Shown: positions 8,190 through 16,716 of the stretch, one piece after another
Layout: each line of letters begins with the position of its first letter
Position numbering within the stretch: position 1 is the first letter of the stretch
Source of the DNA: an uncultured Gammaproteobacteria bacterium
Lineage (GTDB): Bacteria; Patescibacteriota; Patescibacteriia; Patescibacteriales; GWC2-42-12
Direction of reading: 5' to 3'
Assembly: GCA_964560005.1 (NCBI GenBank)
Contig: CAZLKB010000002.1
Span: 128,381-192,380 of the forward strand
Length of the DNA: 64,000 nucleotides
Position numbers and translations under genes: made by a program
The notes under the pieces: model-generated
Seen by the model: only the letters and a program-made list of their open reading frames with translations
The model's database searches: none
Told to the model about the DNA's origin: nothing

Positions 8190-10385
8190 ATGTCCGATAA
8201 TATTTTACAGAAATTACTTAAGCCGAGCCAGCGAGGTAAAATTTGGTGGGTGTTTGTCTCAATAATTGTTTTGGCTCTAGTTGCCTCGCTAATTGATTTC
8301 GGCAATTATTATAATAAAGCGGTAGATAAATTTCATATTCCTTTTCCTAAAGTTCAGGAAGTTCCATTTAGGCTAGGGCTTGATTTGCAAGGCGGAACCC
8401 AGTTGACTTATCAGGCCGATGTTTCTGCAATCGCGGCCGCGGATAAAGGCACTGCCGTTGAAGGAGTTAGGGATGTGATTGAAAGAAGAGTTAATGTGTT
8501 TGGCGTTTCTGAACCCAATGTGCAGATTAATCGGACTACCGGCGGCGACTATCGGATCATCGTAGAACTGGCCGGAGTTAAAGATATCAAGCAGGCCATT
8601 AAGATGATCGGCGAAACTCCGCTCTTAGAATTCAAAGAGCAGAATACTGAAATTAGAGAAATGACCGCCGAAGAGACTAAGCAACTAAACGATTATAATA
8701 AAGCGGCTGAAGCTCGCGCTACAGAAGTATTGGGCAAAGTTATCTCCGGCGGAGATTTTAACGCCCTGGCCAATACCTACAGCGAAGACGCCGCCACTAA
8801 AGCTAACGGCGGCGATTTAGGTTGGATTACGGAGCAGACCAATGCCGATATCTATAATTTAGCCGGCAAAATTGCCTTAGGAAAAACCTCGACCGACTTA
8901 GGTAAGACGGCCGCCGGTTATGAAATAATTAAAGTTGAAGACAAAAGAGTTAAAACCGACCCTTTCACCAATACCGCGGAACAGCAGGTTAAGGCCTCGC
9001 ATTTATTAATTTGTTTTAAAGATATCACCGGCTGTGAAAGCGGCTTTACTAAAGAACAGGCTCTGGAAAAAATTAATCGGCTGAAGGAACAGGCCACGCC
9101 GGCTAATTTTAAAGACTTGGTCAAGCAAAATTCCACCGAGCCGGGCGCGCGCGATACGGGCGGCGATTTAGGCTGGTTCGGTTTGGGCCAGATGGTTGAG
9201 CCGTTTGAAAAAGCGGTTTTCGCCCAGGCGGTGGGCACGATTTCCTCGCCGGTTTTAACCGATTTCGGCTACCACTTGATTTATAAGCAGGAAGAAAAAA
9301 AGGTGGAAGAATTTAGCGTGCGCCATATTTTTATAAAACTCAAGACCGAAGTAGATATTATCGGCCAGCAGAATGAATGGAAGAATACCGAATTGACCGG
9401 AAAAAATTTAAAATCATCGGCCGTGGAATTTAATCCCAACGACGGCTCGCCCGAAGTCGCCTTAGCCTTTGACGATGAGGGCGCTAAAATGTTCGCCGCC
9501 ATTACGGAGCGCAATGTGGGCAAACCGGTGGCGATTTACTTAGACGGTTACGCCATCAGCATACCCACGGTCAATGAAAAAATTCCCGACGGCAAGGCGG
9601 TGATTTCGGGTAAATTCAATATTACCGAGGCCAAGCTCTTAGTGCAAAGGTTGAACGCCGGAGCTCTGCCGGTGCCGATCAGCATAGTTAACCAGCAAAC
9701 CGTTGGCCCTTCCTTGGGCCAAAAATCTGTTTCTGACAGCCTGACTGCCGGCATAATCGGGTTAATTTTAGTTGCTTTATTTATGATAATTTTTTACCGG
9801 CTGCCCGGTTTAATGGCCGTTTTGGCCTTAGTGGTCTATAGCCTATTAGTTTTCGCTTTATTTAAAATCGGCTTTTCCATGGCCGCCCTGGTGCTGGTCG
9901 GTACTTTTTTAATCATTGGCATAACAGTTAACGGCTGGTTTATTCTCTTGGCTTTTTTAAGCTACATTATTCTGTATTTCATCGGTGGTTTGGCGCCGGT
10001 AACTTTAACCTTAGCCGGGTTAGCCGGAGCCATCGTTTCTATAGGCATGGCCGTGGACGCCAATGTTTTGATTTTTGCCAGGCTTAGAGAAGAAATTATC
10101 AACGGTAAGCCATTATCGTCGGCTTTAGACGACGCTTTTAAGCGCGCTTGGCCGTCTATTAGAGATAGTAATTTTAACACCCTGATTATTTGCTTGATCT
10201 TAATTATGTTCACCACCAGCGCGGTTAAGGGCTTCGCCGTTACCCTGGGCTTGGGCGTTATTATTTCCATGTTCACCGCCATCTTCATCACCAGAAATTT
10301 CTTAAGCCTGATCCCGGCGGGTTGGCTGGAAAAAAGGCATGGACTGATTACATCGGTTAAAAAAGTTGATAATACTAATAATTAA
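8190..10385 (+). CDS. secD: Protein translocase subunit SecD with inserted parvulin-type PPIase region
   Basis: SecD blocks LGLDLQGGT, VSEPNVQ, LLEFKE, and the C-terminal 6-TM bundle (VDANVLIFARLREE). Residues ~175-370 carry PpiC/parvulin motifs GGDLGWF...FGYHLIYK. Confidence 0.85.
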   Translation: MSDNILQKLLKPSQRGKIWWVFVSIIVLALVASLIDFGNYYNKAVDKFHIPFPKVQEVPFRLGLDLQGGTQLTYQADVSAIAAADKGTAVEGVRDVIERRVNVFGVSEPNVQINRTTGGDYRIIVELAGVKDIKQAIKMIGETPLLEFKEQNTEIREMTAEETKQLNDYNKAAEARATEVLGKVISGGDFNALANTYSEDAATKANGGDLGWITEQTNADIYNLAGKIALGKTSTDLGKTAAGYEIIKVEDKRVKTDPFTNTAEQQVKASHLLICFKDITGCESGFTKEQALEKINRLKEQATPANFKDLVKQNSTEPGARDTGGDLGWFGLGQMVEPFEKAVFAQAVGTISSPVLTDFGYHLIYKQEEKKVEEFSVRHIFIKLKTEVDIIGQQNEWKNTELTGKNLKSSAVEFNPNDGSPEVALAFDDEGAKMFAAITERNVGKPVAIYLDGYAISIPTVNEKIPDGKAVISGKFNITEAKLLVQRLNAGALPVPISIVNQQTVGPSLGQKSVSDSLTAGIIGLILVALFMIIFYRLPGLMAVLALVVYSLLVFALFKIGFSMAALVLVGTFLIIGITVNGWFILLAFLSYIILYFIGGLAPVTLTLAGLAGAIVSIGMAVDANVLIFARLREEIINGKPLSSALDDAFKRAWPSIRDSNFNTLIICLILIMFTTSAVKGFAVTLGLGVIISMFTAIFITRNFLSLIPAGWLEKRHGLITSVKKVDNTNN

Positions 10386-10396
10386 CCAATAAAATT

Positions 10397-10642
10397 ATGA
10401 AAACGCCAGATATGGGCACAGATAAAACAACAAGCAGACCTTCCGAAGAAGATTTTAAAGCTAAAATTATAGATTTTACTAAACTACAAGAGGACGCACC
10501 CGCGAGATATTATGAAGTCGTTAATGAATTACAAGAATTTGCAAAGGGAGCAGGCGAGCAGGAAGTACGCGATCAATATTATAAAGGATGGATAGACGAA
10601 GATTTCAAACAAGTCTTAAAAAGATTAGGGGAAGAAGAATAA
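10397..10642 (+). CDS. Small acidic hypothetical protein between secD and secF
   Basis: 81-aa ORF with an ATG start, tightly packed between secD and secF. No motif recognised. Confidence 0.4.
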   Translation: MKTPDMGTDKTTSRPSEEDFKAKIIDFTKLQEDAPARYYEVVNELQEFAKGAGEQEVRDQYYKGWIDEDFKQVLKRLGEEE

Positions 10643-10658
10643 AGTGTCGAGATAATTT

Positions 10659-11567
10659 ATGACTAATTTTAAAATAATTCAAAAAAGAAATATTTGGCTG
10701 TCTATTTCCGGAGCCTTATTTGTGGTGTTCGTGGTTGCCCTGTTTATGTGGGGCTTTAAGTATGGCATTGATTTCACGGGCGGCAGTTTATTGGAAGTCA
10801 CATATACCGGTTCAAGACCGACGGTTAGCCGGGTTGAAAGCGGGCTAGCTGATTTAAAATTAAGCAGTTTGATTATCCAGCCGGTGGGCGACCGGGATAT
10901 GCTCTTGAGGTTTCAAGAAACTTCCGAAGAAACCCACCAGGCCGTTATAGGCAAATTAACCGATTTGGCGAAAACAGATGATCAGAACAATTCTATTGAA
11001 GAACAGCGATTTGAATCGGTCGGACCCACGGTCGGCGCCGAGCTCAAAGCCAAATCGCTTTGGGCGATATTTTTCGCGCTGGTCGCCATGCTTTGCTATA
11101 TCACCTACGCTTTTAGAAAGGTTTCCAAGCCGATTGCTTCCTGGAAATACGGTTCAGCCGCCATTATCGCCATGTTCCATGACGCAGTTATTACCATGGG
11201 CGTGTTCGCTTTCCTGGGCCACTACTACGCGGTGGAAATTAACACGGCTTTCGTGGCCGCGCTATTAACGGTCATCGGCTACTCGGTTCATGACACCATC
11301 GTGGTGTTTGACCGTATCAGAGAGAATCTGCCTAAGAGTAATCTTGATTTTGAAGGCACGGTTAATACCAGTTTAAATCAAACCTTGGTTCGTTCGGTTA
11401 ATACCACGATAACTACTTTGCTAGTGTTGCTAGCCATAGTTATTTTCGGCGGCGCTAGCATCAGGCCATTTGTTTTAGCCTTGGCTATCGGCATTTTTAT
11501 CGGCGCCTACTCTTCTATTTTCGTGGCTCCGCCGCTACTGGTGATTTGGGAAAAATTTAAGAAGTAA
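10659..11567 (+). CDS. secF: Protein translocase subunit SecF
   Basis: GIDFTGGS block, a 6-TM bundle, and HDTIVVFDRIREN. Confidence 0.9.
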   Translation: MTNFKIIQKRNIWLSISGALFVVFVVALFMWGFKYGIDFTGGSLLEVTYTGSRPTVSRVESGLADLKLSSLIIQPVGDRDMLLRFQETSEETHQAVIGKLTDLAKTDDQNNSIEEQRFESVGPTVGAELKAKSLWAIFFALVAMLCYITYAFRKVSKPIASWKYGSAAIIAMFHDAVITMGVFAFLGHYYAVEINTAFVAALLTVIGYSVHDTIVVFDRIRENLPKSNLDFEGTVNTSLNQTLVRSVNTTITTLLVLLAIVIFGGASIRPFVLALAIGIFIGAYSSIFVAPPLLVIWEKFKK

Positions 11568-11592
11568 GGATTCTCCAGCACAAAAAATATTT

Positions 11593-11626
11593 AAAACGGT
11601 TGCATTTTCTAGGCGGCCGTTTTTTT
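11593..11626 (+). terminator. Possible intrinsic terminator after secF
   Basis: AAAACGG (11593-11599) pairs with CCGTTTT (11617-11623), followed by a T7 run. The loop is long, so this is weak. Confidence 0.4.
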
Positions 11627-11660
11627 GACAAAGAAGCTGATTTTAAGGTAAACTAAATAT

Positions 11661-11800
11661 GAATAAGTAATTTTCAATTTTCAATTTTCAATGAATTTTC
11701 AATTATTAAATTTTCAAATACTAAAGCAGCGTTTTGTTTGAAAATTTAATCATTAATTCATTGGTCATTAATTGAAAATTAAAAATTAGTAAATTGTAAA
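11661..11800. repeat. AT-rich composite palindrome (AATTTTC word family) upstream of mreB
   Basis: AATTTTC x3 tandem at 11669-11689. The left arm ...TTTTCAATTATTAAATTTTCAAA mirrors the right arm TTTGAAAATTTAATCATTAATTC...AATTGAAAATT. Confidence 0.65.
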
Positions 11801-11809
11801 TTATTTCTA

Positions 11810-12853
11810 ATGTTTAATAAAATTTTTGGAAAATTTTCTAAGGATCTGGGCATTGATCTGGGGACGACCAACACGCTGGTCTATACTCCGGAAAAGGGGA
11901 TCGTTATCAACGAACCGTCGGTGGTGGCGGTAAATTTGCGTACCGATGAAATTTTGTGCGTGGGCGCGGAAGCCAAAAAAATGCTGGGTAAGACGCCACC
12001 TCATATCCAGGCGATTAAGCCGCTGGTTGACGGCGTGATTTCCGATTTTGAAGTAACGGAAAAAATGCTTAAATATTTTATTGATAAAGTTCATTCCGAG
12101 TATTTTACCTTGGTGCCTCGACCCAGAGTGATTATCGGCATCCCTCTGGATATTACCGAAGTGGAAAAAAAGGCGGTTGAAGACGCGGCCAAATCGGCTG
12201 GCGCGCGCGAGGTTTTTTTAATTGAGCAGTCTATGGCCGCGGCCATCGGCACGCGGCAGGATGTTACCGGACCCCAGGCTACCATGATAGTGGATATTGG
12301 CGGCGGCACCACGGAAATCGCGGTTATTTCTTTAAGCGGCGTGGTAACTTGGAAAACTTTGCGCTTAGCCGGCAATGCCCTGGATAATGATATTATTCAG
12401 TATGTGCGCGAGGAGTTTAATATCTTGATCGGCGAGCAAGTGGCGGAAAATATTAAAATAAAAATCGGTTCGGCCACGCCGCTTAAGGAATCAATGGAAA
12501 TGCCTTTGCGCGGGCGAGATTTAATCAACGGCTTGCCCAAGGAGGTTATGATCAACGATGCTCAAGTCAGGGAAGCCATGCAGCGTGTTATCCGCCAAAT
12601 CGTTGAAAATATAAAAATTACCCTGGAGACTACGCCGCCGGAGCTGGTATCCGATATTTACGAGCATGGCATAGTATTGACCGGCGGAGGCGCGCTTTTA
12701 CGCGGCTTGGATAAAGAAATCGCCCAAGCAACCAAGATTCCGGTCAGAGTGGCCGAAGACCCGCTGACCTGCGTCGTTAGGGGCACGGGTATCTTATTGA
12801 GCGATAAAGAGTTGTTAGCCAAGGTTTTATCGCCGGTGACGGAAGAATACTAA
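11810..12853 (+). CDS. mreB: Rod shape-determining protein MreB
   Basis: Actin-fold motifs DLGTTNT, DIGGGTTE, GIVLTGGGALL. Confidence 0.95.
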   Translation: MFNKIFGKFSKDLGIDLGTTNTLVYTPEKGIVINEPSVVAVNLRTDEILCVGAEAKKMLGKTPPHIQAIKPLVDGVISDFEVTEKMLKYFIDKVHSEYFTLVPRPRVIIGIPLDITEVEKKAVEDAAKSAGAREVFLIEQSMAAAIGTRQDVTGPQATMIVDIGGGTTEIAVISLSGVVTWKTLRLAGNALDNDIIQYVREEFNILIGEQVAENIKIKIGSATPLKESMEMPLRGRDLINGLPKEVMINDAQVREAMQRVIRQIVENIKITLETTPPELVSDIYEHGIVLTGGGALLRGLDKEIAQATKIPVRVAEDPLTCVVRGTGILLSDKELLAKVLSPVTEEY

Positions 12854-12953
12854 TTTAATTTTCAATTTTCAATTTTCAATTTTCAATGAATTTTTAATTT
12901 ATTAATTATTAAATTGAAAATTTAATCATTGTTTGAAAATTGGAAATTGATCA
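12854..12953. repeat. AT-rich composite palindrome (AATTTTC word family) between mreB and mreC
   Basis: AATTTTC x4 tandem at 12857-12884, mirrored by ...ATTGAAAATTTAATCATTGTTTGAAAATTGGAAATTG. Confidence 0.65.
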
Positions 12954-12989
12954 TTGAAAATTAGGAATAAATTAATACGGGAAATTGGT

Positions 12990-13820
12990 ATGGTAAGATT
13001 AAATGTTAAAAAATATATAGCAGTTACCGCAGTCATCGTGCTGCTTATTTTTTTTCATTATTCCAGGCTGTTAAATCCAATTGAATCTTTTTTAAGCGAC
13101 AAGCTGAATCCCGTGTTCAAGCTATTTTATTCTTTTAGCTCCGGTTTAAACCAAATCTATTCTAAGCAAACCGCGCAAACCGACATAGCGGCGGAATTAA
13201 AAACCGCCAATGAAACCATTAACCGGCTAACAGCGGAAAATGTTGAAGCAAAATTTTTAAAAGAAGAAAACGCGGCCTTGCGCCAGCAATTGAATTTTCT
13301 GGCCAAAAGCGGCCGGCACTACTTAGTTTCCAATATAATATCAAGGGGTAAGCCGGAAAACGACGCTAAAGACAGCCGTTCGGTGTTGATTGATAAGGGT
13401 TCAAGGGATGGTTTATCCGCCGGCTTAGCGGTCATAAGCGCTATTAGCACGGCCAGTTCCAGCCAAGGAGTGATTATTGGAAAAATTGTCAATGTTCAGG
13501 ATAATTTTTCTGAAGTCTATCTGGTTACTGATAAAAACTGCAAGTTAGCCGCTGCGATTTTGGGTGAAAATAAAACCGTCGGCATCGTCAGCGGAGAATT
13601 GGGGCTGACTATAAAAATGGAATTTATTCCCCAAACCGAAAATATCAAAGCCGGCGACCTGGTGGCTACTTCTGGTCTGGAGCAGAACATACCGCGAGGT
13701 TTATTAATCGGCCGCGTGGCCAGGGTTACTAAAGCTAATAACGAAGTCTGGCAAACCGCGTCCATTGAACCACAAATTAATTTAGATGCTTTATCAATTA
13801 TTTCAGTTTTATTGCCATAG
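12990..13820 (+). CDS. mreC: Rod shape-determining protein MreC
   Basis: Follows mreB. Has an N-terminal TM helix, a coiled coil (LTAENVEAKFLKEENAALRQQL) and a beta-rich C-terminus. The ATG at 12990 is preferred over the tracked TTG at 12954. Confidence 0.75.
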   Translation: MVRLNVKKYIAVTAVIVLLIFFHYSRLLNPIESFLSDKLNPVFKLFYSFSSGLNQIYSKQTAQTDIAAELKTANETINRLTAENVEAKFLKEENAALRQQLNFLAKSGRHYLVSNIISRGKPENDAKDSRSVLIDKGSRDGLSAGLAVISAISTASSSQGVIIGKIVNVQDNFSEVYLVTDKNCKLAAAILGENKTVGIVSGELGLTIKMEFIPQTENIKAGDLVATSGLEQNIPRGLLIGRVARVTKANNEVWQTASIEPQINLDALSIISVLLP

Positions 13821-13877
13821 CTTTTAAAACCTTTTTTAGAAAAAGGTTTTAATATTTCCAAAAAATATAAGGTATTA

Positions 13878-13934
13878 AATAAAAATTTTATAGCGCCCCG
13901 CAGTTTGCGGGGCTACGGCCATAAAATTTTTATT
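13878..13934. repeat. GC hairpin flanked by an AT inverted repeat
   Basis: AATAAAAATTTTAT (13878-13891) pairs with ATAAAATTTTTATT (13921-13934). These enclose the GCCCCGCAGTTTGCGGGGC hairpin (13895-13913). Confidence 0.7.
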
Positions 13935-13966
13935 TGATAGTAAAAAAGAAGATTAGTTTTTGTCAT

Positions 13967-14911
13967 ATGACCATAGAAGAAAAAATCAAAAAAAATTATG
14001 ACCTGGCTGATTTAACTACTTTTCGCATCGGCGGCAAGGCGCAGTATTTCCTTTCGGTAAAAAATACCAAGGAATTGATTGAGGCGGCCAATTGGGCTAA
14101 AATTAAAAAACTGTCCTTATCATTTTTGGCCGGCGGCAGCAATATTTTAATTGCTAATAAGATGGTTCGCGGCTTGGTAATTAAAATTTCAGGTGAACAG
14201 TATTCAATTAAGAAAAATATGATATCAAGCTGGGCCGGCACCGGTTTAACCAAGCTGTCGCGAGCCGCGTCTAATCACCGCTTGTCCGGCCTGGAGTGGG
14301 CGCTGGGTGTCCCGGGCAGCCTTGGCGGAGCCGTCCGAGGCAATGCCGGAGCTTACGGCAGCGATATATCCGGTCAGGTAGCCGAAGTGGAAGCTTTTAA
14401 TATTATTGAATCTAAATTAAAAAAATTTGATAATCTGGACTGCGGCTTTAGCTACCGCCATTCTATTTTTAAGCAAAATAATAATTTAATCATAATCAAT
14501 GTCAAATTAAAATTAAGCCAAGGCCGGTCGGCGGATATAACTAATTTGGCCGAACGGAATTTTAAAAAGCGGCTGGAAAAAAACCCTAAGGAGCCCAGCG
14601 CCGGCAGCATATTTAAAAATTTGGAATTTAAGAAATTAATCAAGCAAAATAGCGAATTAGCTAAAGAGTTGGAGGCTAAGGGATTGGTTAGGGGAGGCAA
14701 AATCGCGGTTGCTTATCTAATTGATCAGCTCGGGCTTAAGGGTAAAATAAGGGGAGGAGCGAAGATAAGCGAAAAACACGCTAATTTTATTGTAAATACG
14801 GGCACAGCGACAGCAAAGGATGTTGTTGGTTTAATAAATTTAATTAAGAAAAAAGTTAAAACTCAATATAAAATCAAATTAGAAGAGGAAATTCAGTATT
14901 TTGGAAGTTAA
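13967..14911 (+). CDS. murB: UDP-N-acetylenolpyruvoylglucosamine reductase
   Basis: FAD-binding PCMH blocks (TFRIGG, GGGSNIL) and C-terminal blocks SAGSIFKN and GAKISEKHANFIVN. The ATG at 13967 is preferred over the tracked TTG. Confidence 0.85.
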   Translation: MTIEEKIKKNYDLADLTTFRIGGKAQYFLSVKNTKELIEAANWAKIKKLSLSFLAGGSNILIANKMVRGLVIKISGEQYSIKKNMISSWAGTGLTKLSRAASNHRLSGLEWALGVPGSLGGAVRGNAGAYGSDISGQVAEVEAFNIIESKLKKFDNLDCGFSYRHSIFKQNNNLIIINVKLKLSQGRSADITNLAERNFKKRLEKNPKEPSAGSIFKNLEFKKLIKQNSELAKELEAKGLVRGGKIAVAYLIDQLGLKGKIRGGAKISEKHANFIVNTGTATAKDVVGLINLIKKKVKTQYKIKLEEEIQYFGS

Positions 14912-14912
14912 A

Positions 14913-15043
14913 GGTGCTGTACTAGGATTTTGTTCTTTCCACCCGCTTTCGCGAGTGCTAAAGACCGACGAAATTTGTGCGATTTTTTTAAAAAAATCGT
15001 TACAATTTCTCATGCGCTCAAGAACAAAATCCTTGTCCAGCAC
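14913..15043. repeat. Nested palindrome immediately after murB
   Basis: GGTGCTGTACTAGGATTTTGTTCTT (14913-14937) pairs with AAGAACAAAATCCTTGTCCAGCAC (15020-15043). Inside lies the CGATTTTTTTAAAAAAATCG palindrome (14980-14999). Confidence 0.7.
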
Positions 15044-15078
15044 TCCCATCAATTTTATAAAATTCTATTAATAAAAAA

Positions 15079-15109
15079 GAGCGCCGGCTTGAAGCTGGCG
15101 CTTTGTGTT
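15079..15109 (+). terminator. Intrinsic terminator after murB
   Basis: AGCGCCGGC (15080-15088) pairs with GCTGGCGCT (15094-15102), followed by TTGTGTT. Confidence 0.6.
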
Positions 15110-15200
15110 GAAAGAACGAGTTGCCGAAGAACAACTGAATTATTAATATTAATTAATTTATCTAATTTTAGCTATTATTTAACTAAATAAATATTTTTCC

Positions 15201-15229
15201 TTGACTTATAAAAAAAATTATGTTAATAT
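15201..15229 (+). promoter_or_regulatory. Candidate sigma-70-type promoter
   Basis: TTGACT (15201-15206), 17-nt spacer, TAATAT (15224-15229), upstream of the 15298 gene. Confidence 0.5.
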
Positions 15230-15297
15230 TTTGCAATAAAATGTGTAGACAAAAATTCAATAGTCTTGTTTAATATGTTTTGACATTTTTTAAATCT

Positions 15298-16524
15298 ATG
15301 GAAAATAAATCAATTTTAGACCAAATTATAAACAATCACCAAGCCGAAGAAGTCGCCAAGCTTGATGCTATTGAAATTATCAATAACTTATTCAGCGAGC
15401 TTAACGAAAGAGAGCGGGATGTTTTAGCCAGACGGTTTGGTTTGCACGGGGAGGGCAAAGAAACATTGGAACAAATCGGCAAAATTCATAATTTAACCAG
15501 AGAACGGATCAGGCAAATAGAAACCTCAAGTATTAAAAGACTAAGACAGCTGGAAAATTTAGAAAGTTATTTAAGCGGTCTTAAGAAAGTCATTATTCAA
15601 TTACTGGAAGAGCACGGAGGCTTAATGGAAAAAGAGTATTTATTTAATAATTTAGTTAATTTTTCCATCGGCTCGGGCAAAAAAAATGATAACGAAATCA
15701 AGCATAAACGGCATTTCAATTTTTTAATTTCAAAATTATTGCATGACGAATTTGAAGAAATCAATAACTCCGATGTTTTTAAGGAGTCATTTAAGTTAAA
15801 ATATAATTCGCTGGAGCACTTGGAAGCTTTAACTGTTGAGCTCTTGGCTAAGATCAAAGAAGCAAAAAAAATATTCATGACTGAAGACTTGATTAATTTA
15901 TCAAAAGAATTAAGCGCTTACAAAGCCAATGCCGATAAATTTAATCAGGCCAACAGTTTGGATATCTCCGGCATTTTAATGAGCGATTTTTTTCAAGAGC
16001 CGGTAGAGGCGATAAATAAAAATAAAGCCATCTATTCAATTTTTCAAGCCGCCAAAAAAATTGAACAGAATAAATTCGGTCATTGGGGCATTGACGAATG
16101 GCGGGAAATCAAACCCAAGACAATTAACGATAAGATTTATTTGATTTTAAAAAATAACGGTAAGCCGATGCATTTCGCCGAGATAGCGAATAAAATCAAT
16201 CAGATTAGTTTTGATAAAAAGAAAGCTAATGCCGCCACGGTTCACAATGAACTCATTTTGGATGATAAGTATATTTTAGTCGGCCGCGGCCTCTACGGCT
16301 TGAAGGAATGGGGTTATAAAAAGGGCACTGTGGCCGAAGTGATAAAAGGCGTGATGAATGAGTCGGACGCGCCGTTAAGCCGCGAAGAGTTAGTGGATAG
16401 AGTTTTAAAGCAAAGGATAGTTAAGAAGGCTACGATAAACTTAGCCTTAATGAATAGAGATAAATTTGAGGTTAATCAAGACGGTAAATACAGTATAAAA
16501 AAGAGCAGTAGCGCGGTTTTATAA
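15298..16524 (+). CDS. Sigma-70 region-4-like HTH protein with C-terminal HARE-HTH-like domain
   Basis: The N-terminal ERDVLARRFGL...TLEQIGKIHNLTRERIRQIETSSIKRLR resembles sigma region 4.2. No region 2 is seen. The C-terminal DKIYLILKNNGKPMHFAEIANKI is HARE-HTH-like. Confidence 0.6.
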   Translation: MENKSILDQIINNHQAEEVAKLDAIEIINNLFSELNERERDVLARRFGLHGEGKETLEQIGKIHNLTRERIRQIETSSIKRLRQLENLESYLSGLKKVIIQLLEEHGGLMEKEYLFNNLVNFSIGSGKKNDNEIKHKRHFNFLISKLLHDEFEEINNSDVFKESFKLKYNSLEHLEALTVELLAKIKEAKKIFMTEDLINLSKELSAYKANADKFNQANSLDISGILMSDFFQEPVEAINKNKAIYSIFQAAKKIEQNKFGHWGIDEWREIKPKTINDKIYLILKNNGKPMHFAEIANKINQISFDKKKANAATVHNELILDDKYILVGRGLYGLKEWGYKKGTVAEVIKGVMNESDAPLSREELVDRVLKQRIVKKATINLALMNRDKFEVNQDGKYSIKKSSSAVL

Positions 16525-16536
16525 ATTTAGATTGCA

Positions 16537-16568
16537 TAAAAAGCCACCGAACAACAGGGTGGTTTTTT
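16537..16568 (+). terminator. Possible intrinsic terminator
   Basis: CCACC (16544-16548) pairs with GGTGG (16558-16562), followed by T6. Confidence 0.5.
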
Positions 16569-16716
16569 AATTTGGCAAGATAGGGTAAAATATGGTAGAA
16601 TAGTAAGGGTTAATCGGTTAATCAAATAAGCGGTTTTTATTTGTATAAGAATAAAATTAATTGTGCCAAAACTTAACGACTTTAATTGGCGAAATATATA
16701 AGAATTATATATATTT

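Noticed and set aside
10978-11268. Same-strand alternative-frame ORFs inside secF (and 26833-27258 inside rfbB, 18906-19145 inside the ATPase gene)
   Set aside because: They are embedded in genes whose main frame carries the diagnostic motifs. They have no independent support.
11669-12884. AATTTTC tandem repeats (and the GAAGTCA x4 repeat at 6204-6231) as a possible CRISPR array or minisatellite
   Set aside because: The units are 7 bp with no spacers and only 3-4 copies. They form arms of larger palindromes. No cas genes are present.
14930-15190. Tracked 86-aa ORF after murB
   Set aside because: It lies entirely within a nested palindrome plus a terminator hairpin. It has no plausible start context.
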